A stretch of DNA of 32,000 nt from Candidatus Saccharimonadota bacterium (lineage in GTDB: Bacteria; Bacteroidota; Bacteroidia; Cytophagales; Amoebophilaceae): NCBI RefSeq assembly GCF_003351905.1, contig NZ_CP022339.1:330001-362000 (forward strand), written 5' to 3'. Position numbers and translations under genes: made by a program. The notes beneath the pieces were generated by a model that saw nothing but the letters and a program-made list of their open reading frames with translations, had not been told where the DNA came from and searched no databases. Positions 26,130-32,000 of this stretch are shown here, in pieces (position 1 is the stretch's first letter; each line of letters opens with the position of its first letter).

Positions 26130-27890
26130 TTACATTTTCTCTGGCAGCTCAATGGTTAAGAGTGCCATGCTTTTTTTGAGCACCCGACCCACACAAACAG
26201 AAAGCAATAGTCTAACCGCTCTAATAGCAGGATTCACTTCTCGCAATATGGGCGCACTAGCATAAAACCTGTTATAGGTTTTAGCCAACTCTAGCGCATA
26301 ATTAGCAATTACACAGGGCATATAGGTAACCGCTGCTTCCTCTATGGCGGCGGGCAGCCTATACAATTGGAAGATAAGTGCCTGTTCTAGTTGACTGAGT
26401 TGGATGCTTGGCGGATCTAGGGTTTCGTTCCCTTGGGCTTTGCGGATTAGTGAACAGATGCGCGCATAGGTATATTGAATAAATGTCCCAGTATCACCTT
26501 GAAAATCAATAGACTCATTAGGGTTAAACAACATCCTTTTTTGAGGTGCTACCCGTAGTAAAAAAAATTTTAAGGCACCCATTGCTAAAGTATGATGCAG
26601 GTTTTCTAGCTCCTCTTGCGCTAAGCCTTCCGTTTTATGGGTGTGGCCCATATAGTTGCCAACCGTACCAACCATCTCATCTATAAGATGATCGGCATCT
26701 ACTACATTGCCCTCTCTGGACTTCATTTTACCATCGGGTAGATCCACCATGCCATAGGGAAAGTGGTGCATAGCAGTGGCATAGGGCCTACCTAATTGGG
26801 CCATAATGGCAAATAAAACCTTAAAATGGTAGGTTTGCTCGTTGCCCACCACATAAATCATTTGATCAAAATGATAATCTGCATAACGCCAATCGGCTAT
26901 GCCTAGGTCTTGTGTAATATAGACAGCGGTTCCATCGCTGCGCAATAGCACCTTTTCGCCTAAGCCTTCTAAGTCAACCGCAATGGCGCCATCTGTTCTT
27001 GTATAAAATATATTTTTATGGAGTCCTTCCTCTACAATGGTTTTGCCAAGCAGATAGGCTTCAGATTCATAATAGGTTTTATCAAACGTGATACCCAGCT
27101 GGTTGTAGGTCACATTGAATCCATCATAGACCCATCCATTCATCTTTTGCCACAAAGCCATTACCGCAGAGTCTCCTTTTTCCCATTCCACCAACATCCT
27201 TTGTGCCTTTTGTAGAATAGGTGGCGTTTCTCCTTCATGGAGCAGGGCCAGTTCTTCCTTATAGACTTGGTCAAATTTTACATAATAGTTGCCTACAAAG
27301 TGATCTCCCTTTATGCCAGTACTGGCTGGCGTTTCATTTCCACCAAACTGTTGGTAAGCAACCATAGACTTACAAATATGAATCCCTCGGTCATTGATCA
27401 AGTTTACTTTATGTACGGTATAACCAGCAGCATCTAATATGGCTGCCAAGGAGTCACCCAAAAAGTTATTCCGTAAATGGCCTAAGTGTTGGGGTTTATT
27501 GGTATTCGGGCATGAAAACTCCACCACTACATGGCGTTTTTGTTTGGGTAGGTATCCATAGGATGGGTCACTTGCAATAGATTTTAAAATAGTCATCCAA
27601 ATGGTCGCATCGATCACCAAGTTTAAAAATCCATTGATGACGTGATAACGAGCGACTAGATCGGTATGGGTTTGCAACCATTGACCTATTGTTTCTGCTA
27701 GCTCAGCGGGTTGTGCCTGACAGCTTTTGCAAAAAGGAAACAGAGGAAGTGAAAAAGTGCCTTCGAACTCTTTTCTGGTTACTTGCAAGCTGCAAGCAGC
27801 TTCCGATAGCGTCAAGTTATAGCATTTTAGGAATGCTTGTTGTAGGGCTGATCTAAGTGTAGATTCGAGTGGTATGATCTCTATAGGCAT
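26130..27890 (-). CDS. argS: Arginine--tRNA ligase
   Basis: 586 aa. Class I motifs PNTNKPQHLGHLRN (HIGH-like) and KMKSREGNVV (KMSKS-like). The C-terminal anticodon-binding (DALR-type) region ends ...ELPEKM. Confidence 0.95.
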   Translation of the reverse strand: MPIEIIPLESTLRSALQQAFLKCYNLTLSEAACSLQVTRKEFEGTFSLPLFPFCKSCQAQPAELAETIGQWLQTHTDLVARYHVINGFLNLVIDATIWMTILKSIASDPSYGYLPKQKRHVVVEFSCPNTNKPQHLGHLRNNFLGDSLAAILDAAGYTVHKVNLINDRGIHICKSMVAYQQFGGNETPASTGIKGDHFVGNYYVKFDQVYKEELALLHEGETPPILQKAQRMLVEWEKGDSAVMALWQKMNGWVYDGFNVTYNQLGITFDKTYYESEAYLLGKTIVEEGLHKNIFYTRTDGAIAVDLEGLGEKVLLRSDGTAVYITQDLGIADWRYADYHFDQMIYVVGNEQTYHFKVLFAIMAQLGRPYATAMHHFPYGMVDLPDGKMKSREGNVVDADHLIDEMVGTVGNYMGHTHKTEGLAQEELENLHHTLAMGALKFFLLRVAPQKRMLFNPNESIDFQGDTGTFIQYTYARICSLIRKAQGNETLDPPSIQLSQLEQALIFQLYRLPAAIEEAAVTYMPCVIANYALELAKTYNRFYASAPILREVNPAIRAVRLLLSVCVGRVLKKSMALLTIELPEKM

Positions 27891-28220
27891 AGGGTTAAAA
27901 ATTTGAGCTGATTAGGCTTAAAATTAAAAAATTGTAAGCAAATCTATTGGGTCAGCCCAGCTTTATGTGTACAAAAGCTATAGCTTACCAACCAGCTATA
28001 ATCACATCTATGCAATTGGCCTATTGCTGATTTAGTATTTGTTGGATATTTTGGTACGCCAAAACAAGCAAAAATGGGCCTTAGAAAAAGTTGTGATTAA
28101 ACAGCGCATGCAGCTCATGACTGTAACGACTTCATTTGAACAAGTAAAGCAATACGCTTTAAGAATAGCAACATCGCTTTGTTAGCGTAGATGAGGTAGC
28201 AAAAACTATTTTTAGCGATT

Positions 28221-28237
28221 ATTTCGTATGTGTTCAG
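28221..28237 (-). repeat. Solo 17-nt fragment of the MITE right terminus
   Basis: atttcgtatgtgttcag is identical to 6810-6826. Confidence 0.5.
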
Positions 28238-28348
28238 CCCCCACCCACGGACGCGGGTTATACCTAAAAAAGAAACTGCATTTCACTGCAGCTTCTTAGA
28301 AGCCAATGGCGTCAATTTAAGAAATTTTTATTGGTTATCACATAAAAG

Positions 28349-28506
28349 TATCTATTCCAGCCATGGGTTAATAATGAACTTTGTCCCACTTATATCTTGA
28401 TAAAAAAGTGGACAAAAAATCAAGCCGTCGGCAAAAAGTCGCTGAAAGTGACTTTTTGCCGACGGCGTTTTTCTTTTCACATACAAACCAGTGAATTGAA
28501 TAGATA
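28349..28506 (+). mobile_element. MITE-like element, copy E (apparently intact, 158 bp)
   Basis: The 9-nt tips tatctattc / gaatagata are perfect, extending to imperfect terminal inverted repeats of about 27 nt. Internally it has the palindrome-rich core cccacttatatcttgataaaaaagtggacaaaaaatcaag and a 17-bp perfect hairpin. It has no coding capacity. Confidence 0.7.
28424..28466. terminator. Perfect 17-bp hairpin with T-rich tracts on both sides (bidirectional terminator-like), carried by MITE copy E
   Basis: gccgtcggcaaaaagtc-gctgaaagt-gactttttgccgacggc. The plus strand continues gtttttcttttc and the minus strand continues ttgattttttgtcc. On the minus strand it lies downstream of the PPTase gene and upstream of argS. 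Confidence 0.4.
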
Positions 28507-28767
28507 TATTTGCTGCTATTTCGTCAAGTTAAGGCGCTTATGTCCGCCGATAAAAAAACTTGGCGCTTCAGTAAACTTGTAATCTTTAGACGAACGGTTA
28601 TGCAGCGGGAAAAACAGCTTGTTTCATTACTTTTACTGTGTGCCAACTTTTTATTGGCGGACATGAGCAGCGGCATATGCGCATTAGCCATTTCTATCTC
28701 TGTGTTAGAATAGATGTCCCTTAAGTTGACGCCATTGGGTGGACGCATCAACAGATGCAAGGCGTTA

Positions 28768-29454
28768 TTAATCTTGAGAATAGACCAAAACATGGGGCTC
28801 TATTGCACCATCAGCTATACATTGATACCGCAATAGATACTTCTTTTGATGCCAATAGGCTATAATTTTGCCTTCATCTTGTAACTGAAATGGCGCTATA
28901 TAACTATCCTTAACCGTTGCTTGCTGATCCAAACGCTTATACAATGCTTCTTTGGCACACCAATAGATGGCGAGCTTTGCAAGGCAGTGATTGGCATCTT
29001 GCGCTTCTGCTTCTGTTAAAAACTTTTTTTGTACCTTATGCAAGCTGGGCTTCACGATTTCTATGTCAATGCCTATAGGACAAACGGTAGATAAGGCCAC
29101 TGCAGCTAAATAACGGGTATGGCTAAAGCTAATATGGCAACCCGCTAAAATAGGTCTACCTTGTGCATTTTTAGAAAGGGATACAAGGGGTAAATTTAAT
29201 TTTTTTAGTAAGCAACATAGCGCAACTCTTACGGCTAGAGATTGCTGCTGTCTATCTGTAAAAGATAGATTATTACTGTGAAAATCATCTAAAAACTGAG
29301 GGGGTAGCTGCGCATACAAGGCTCCGACACTTTCTTGAATCTTCCAAATAAGGTAAAAAGTATGGGGCGCACACACGGAAAAACGATAAACAGGCATAGA
29401 CAAAAAAGACCATAACTGCAACAGCTCATGAACATGGCGTTCATCTGGGGGCAT
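28768..29454 (-). CDS. 4'-phosphopantetheinyl transferase (Sfp-type)
   Basis: ...ISFSHTRYLAAVALS..PIGIDIEIVKP...KFLTEAEA...IYWCAKEALYK matches the PPTase motifs (G-x-D-x-E and W-x-x-KE-A-x-x-K). The start is uncertain; 29397 is an alternative. Confidence 0.7.
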   Translation of the reverse strand: MPPDERHVHELLQLWSFLSMPVYRFSVCAPHTFYLIWKIQESVGALYAQLPPQFLDDFHSNNLSFTDRQQQSLAVRVALCCLLKKLNLPLVSLSKNAQGRPILAGCHISFSHTRYLAAVALSTVCPIGIDIEIVKPSLHKVQKKFLTEAEAQDANHCLAKLAIYWCAKEALYKRLDQQATVKDSYIAPFQLQDEGKIIAYWHQKKYLLRYQCIADGAIEPHVLVYSQD

Positions 29455-29473
29455 AGAACAGACCCCCTAAAAT

Positions 29474-29629
29474 TTATACAGTGGCCTTACGGTCCGAAAA
29501 ACTTTGCCGTATGGCTTCTACATCTAAACATTTAATAACAGGTATAAACATAAGACGCTTGATCGAAGCTTTACGTTGCGCTGCTTTGGTTTTATTTCTT
29601 CTTGCTTTACGTTGTAATCTAAGGGGCAT
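29474..29629 (-). CDS. Small, very basic hypothetical protein (51 aa)
   Basis: ATG at 29629 gives MPLRLQRKARRNKTKAAQRKASIKRLMFIPVIK.... It lies between tRNA-Val and the PPTase gene on the same strand. It resembles a small ribosomal or RNA-binding protein, but I cannot assign a family. Confidence 0.3.
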   Translation of the reverse strand: MPLRLQRKARRNKTKAAQRKASIKRLMFIPVIKCLDVEAIRQSFSDRKATV

Positions 29630-29659
29630 AATCGCTAATTTTAGGTACAATAACAAACG

Positions 29660-29733
29660 TGGGCCCTGCAGGATTCGAACCTGCGGCCTTCTGTGTGTAA
29701 AACAGATGCTCTAACCAGCTGAGCTAAGAACCC
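29660..29733 (-). tRNA. tRNA-Val (anticodon UAC)
   Basis: The minus strand folds as GGGTTCT-TA-GCTC-AGCTGGTTA-GAGC-A-TCTGT-TTTACAC-ACAGA-AGGCC-GCAGG-TTCGAAT-CCTGC-AGGGCCC-A, a full cloverleaf. CCA is not encoded. Confidence 0.95.
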
Positions 29734-29778
29734 AGCAACAAATATAGTGTTTTTTTTATAAAAAACATGTATACCCTG

Positions 29779-30708
29779 CTATGCCGATGCGTTATGATGT
29801 GGATTTAAACGGCTTCTTGGATGATAGTCTTGCATGATTTGCCTAAGGTAGTGTCTATCTAGATGGGTATATATTTCAGTAGTAGTAATAGAACTATGGC
29901 CCAACATTTCCTGTATGGCACGTAAATCAGCGCCCCCTTCTATTAAATGGGTGGCAAAAGAGTGCCTAAAAATGTGAGGCCCAACCTTCACATTGATTTT
30001 AGCTTTTCTCGCAAGCGCCTGCACAATTAAAAAGACCATCACCCGGGTTAAGCTGCCTCCACGCCGGTTTAAAAAAACAGTATCTAAACAGCCTGACTTT
30101 ATGCCCATATGGCTACGTACTTCCCGCACATACCATTTAATATGCTTTAAAGCCATAGCCCCAATCGGTATCAAACGCTCTTTATTGCCTTTGCCGATGA
30201 CACGTACAAAGTTTTCTTCGAAATAGATATGGCTTAACTTCAAAGTGATAAGCTCAGAAACACGCACGCCTGTACCATAAAGGGTCTCCACAATGGCTCT
30301 ATTCCGAGTGCCAAGTGGAGTAGAATGGTCTATCGCACCTATCATCGCCTCGACTTCTGACACAGACAAAACAGATGGCAAATGTTGCCCTAAATGAGGA
30401 CTTGCTACCAGCCTAGTAGGATCCTTAGCAATATACTGACCCAACCATAAAAATTTGTAAAAAATACGCAACCCAGAAAGTATCCTTGCTTGACTCGTAG
30501 CCTTCATGCCTAACGCATGCAATTCCGATAAAAACGATTGAATATGAACAGAATCGACTGTAACCGGTGGAACCCCCTTGCCCCACAAAAACTGGGCAAA
30601 TTTTGTCACATCAGCAATATAGGCTAGAATAGAATGTTCCGCAAGCAAACGCTCTAAACGAAGATAGGTCTCAAACTGCTGTAGTAAAGACTTCCATTCG
30701 TGTTCCAT
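29779..30708 (-). CDS. xerD: Tyrosine recombinase, XerD-like
   Basis: ATG at 30708 gives MEHEWKSLLQQFETYLRLERLLAEHSILAY (SAM-like N-terminal domain). Catalytic motifs are GTGVRVSEL, HIFRHSFATHL and LGHSSITTTEIYTHL. The tracked N-terminal extension reads through tRNA-Asn and is rejected. Confidence 0.8.
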   Translation of the reverse strand: MEHEWKSLLQQFETYLRLERLLAEHSILAYIADVTKFAQFLWGKGVPPVTVDSVHIQSFLSELHALGMKATSQARILSGLRIFYKFLWLGQYIAKDPTRLVASPHLGQHLPSVLSVSEVEAMIGAIDHSTPLGTRNRAIVETLYGTGVRVSELITLKLSHIYFEENFVRVIGKGNKERLIPIGAMALKHIKWYVREVRSHMGIKSGCLDTVFLNRRGGSLTRVMVFLIVQALARKAKINVKVGPHIFRHSFATHLIEGGADLRAIQEMLGHSSITTTEIYTHLDRHYLRQIMQDYHPRSRLNPHHNASA

Positions 30709-30752
30709 GATACGCACTGACAACCAGTTACAATTGAAGAGATCAACTATAG

Positions 30753-30826
30753 CTCCCCCTGCTGGACTCGAACCAGCGACCCTTTGATTAACAGTCAAAT
30801 GCTCTAACCAACTGAGCTAAGGAGGA
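30753..30826 (-). tRNA. tRNA-Asn (anticodon GUU)
   Basis: The minus strand folds as TCCTCCT-TA-GCTC-AGTTGGTTA-GAGC-A-TTTGA-CTGTTAA-TCAAA-GGGTC-GCTGG-TTCGAGT-CCAGC-AGGGGGA-G, a full cloverleaf. Confidence 0.95.
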
Positions 30827-30985
30827 TTGTAACCATTACAATTTTACCATTTTTTTATTGCATAAACAATAGCCTATTATAGATGGATAAGAAAATCATT
30901 GCATTAGGAGCCAATCCTTGCATGATATATGCACCTATCTGCCCTAGGTTCACTTTTTTATATTAAATTGGGCCTAGTAGGATGA

Positions 30986-31618
30986 ATGGTCAACCTAAAT
31001 AAAGCGTACAAGATGATGGATGTAGAAGGTAGCGGGGCCAAGCCAAGAAGCCGTTGGACCCAAAAGTGTGCCATGGCGCTAATCAAGTTGCTAGGTTGGA
31101 AAATTAACAATGCAGCCGACTCAACCATTGCGCAAAAAGCAGTCGTGGCATTCGCACCACATACGAGTAATTGGGACTTTATTTACGGCATGTTATTTAA
31201 ACTGAGCCATCCAGATGTGCCGCTTAGGTTTGCCATAAAAAAAGAGGTGATGTTTTTTCCACTTTCCTACTTAATGAAGATGCTGGGCGCCATTCCAATA
31301 GATAGAAACCAAATCACCAAGCGCACCAATATGGTAGCTGTGATGGCAGAGATGCTCCATCAAGCAGATGCGCTGATGCTTGTGATTGCGCCAGAGGGAA
31401 CCAGAAGCCATGTAAAACGATGGAAAACAGGGTTTTATAGATTAGCAGAAGCCGCAAATGTGCCGATTATTTTAGGGTATATCAACTATGCCAAAAAAGA
31501 ATTCGGTTTAGGACCTATCTTCCATCGCACGGGTAATATGGAGCAAGATATAGGAAGTATACAAGATTTCTACCGAAAAATACCTGGGAAATATCCAGAA
31601 AAAGAGGTAGTTGAATAG
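30986..31618 (+). CDS. PlsC-family lysophospholipid / 1-acyl-sn-glycerol-3-phosphate acyltransferase
   Basis: HTSNWDF (HX4D catalytic motif) and IAPEGTRS (the EGTR block). The start is uncertain; ATGs at 31012 and 31015 are alternatives. Confidence 0.75.
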   Translation: MVNLNKAYKMMDVEGSGAKPRSRWTQKCAMALIKLLGWKINNAADSTIAQKAVVAFAPHTSNWDFIYGMLFKLSHPDVPLRFAIKKEVMFFPLSYLMKMLGAIPIDRNQITKRTNMVAVMAEMLHQADALMLVIAPEGTRSHVKRWKTGFYRLAEAANVPIILGYINYAKKEFGLGPIFHRTGNMEQDIGSIQDFYRKIPGKYPEKEVVE

Positions 31619-31730
31619 GACAATTTGGCAGTATTGCCCACATTTGGCAAAAAAATTGCATATACTTTTAAAGTTACGTTTCAAAAGAGGTCTCATGAGG
31701 TCATCTCGCCATTATTTTATACCATAAGTC

Positions 31731-32000
31731 ATGAAGTTACACGATACAGACACAAACAGAAAAGGCTGCTGCAAAGAGACAGTAGACAAACATCAAACCA
31801 CTTACTGTAGTGAGGAAACAACAACCCCATGTTGCTGCAACGGTGAAGAAACAATGGATCAACCCTGCTGCTGTGGACGGCAAGAGGCAGCAGCTCAAGG
31901 AGGTTGTTGCTACGAACAAAAGGTCGAACCAGAGGGAGGGTGCTGTCAGTCAGCTGATAGGCTAAGTGATAGCCAACCACACCTATGCAGCGCTGATATA
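31731..32000 (+). CDS. 5' part of a Cys-cluster-rich protein, probably the metal-binding N-terminus of a heavy-metal transporter (continues beyond the window)
   Basis: This ORF is not in the supplied track. ATG at 31731 is open to the window end: MKLHDTDTNRKGCCKETVDKHQTTYCSEETTTPCCCNGEETMDQPCCCGRQEAAAQGGCCYEQKVEPEGGCCQSADRLSDSQPHLCSAD. It has five CC/CCC clusters. The overlapping minus-strand ORFs have no recognisable features. Confidence 0.5.
   Translation, partial: MKLHDTDTNRKGCCKETVDKHQTTYCSEETTTPCCCNGEETMDQPCCCGRQEAAAQGGCCYEQKVEPEGGCCQSADRLSDSQPHLCSADI

Larger units (their letters stand above)
28303..28738. repeat. About 435-bp inverted-repeat-bounded element that encloses MITE copy E and a second internal inverted repeat
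   Basis: ccaatggcgtcaatttaag (28303-28321) and cttaagttgacgccattgg (28720-28738) are reverse complements at 18/19 positions. An internal pair at 28537-28564 and 28642-28667 (cttatgtccgccgataaaaaaacttggc / gccaactttttattggcggacatgag) is also complementary. Confidence 0.55.

Noticed and set aside
29779-30708. Tyrosine recombinase next to tRNA genes as the integrase of a genomic island or prophage
   Set aside because: It has the XerD-type domain organisation and motifs. The flanking genes are housekeeping (PlsC-like, PPTase, argS). I saw no att-like duplication of the tRNA 3' ends within the window. This cannot be fully excluded without more sequence.
30709-30798. N-terminal extension of the recombinase ORF (MTVNQRVAGSSPAGGAIV...)
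   Set aside because: This stretch is the translation of tRNA-Asn (30753-30826) read on the same strand. The true start is ATG at 30708.
31729-31980. Minus-strand ORFs 31729..31980 and 31737..31919
   Set aside because: They have no motifs and are antisense to a plus-strand ORF with a striking periodic Cys-cluster pattern that remains open to the window edge. I judged the plus-strand reading more plausible.

Overview
AT-rich bacterial chromosomal segment, almost certainly Bacteroidota. Evidence: the gldK-gldL-gldM-gldN type IX secretion core, a Bacteroidota-type histone H1-like protein, and LptB plus an LptF/G permease. By inference it comes from a host-associated or endosymbiont lineage of the Amoebophilus/Cardinium kind, because it has a 725-aa secreted ankyrin-repeat protein and a dense IS/MITE load between housekeeping genes. 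Housekeeping content: gatB, lptB, tgt, lptF/G-family permease, rpsF-rpsR-rplI, ung, argS, tRNA-Val(TAC), tRNA-Asn(GTT), a XerD-like recombinase, a PlsC-like acyltransferase, an Sfp-type PPTase, an M50 protease and a sodium:solute symporter. One same-strand block runs SPOR protein, exbB, exbD, tonB-like, gldKLMN, rhomboid-like protein. The most unusual structure is three nested mobile elements at about 6.8-10.4 kb. A 1997-nt group II intron (RT/maturase ORF, clear domain V, domain VI with a bulged A) splits an IS110-family DEDD recombinase gene. Removing the intron in silico restores a 325-aa ORF in frame. The IS itself sits in the palindromic core of a ~160-bp MITE-like repeat and has CTT at both junctions. 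Its 330-nt 5' non-coding arm is a candidate bridge-RNA locus. The MITE-like family has at least six copies or fragments in the window, and one intact copy carries a perfect 17-bp terminator-like hairpin. I found no CRISPR array, no rRNA and no recognisable defence operon. I cannot show that any completely new multi-gene system is present. The nested IS110/intron/MITE element and the repeat-rich argS-PPTase spacer are the best candidates for follow-up.
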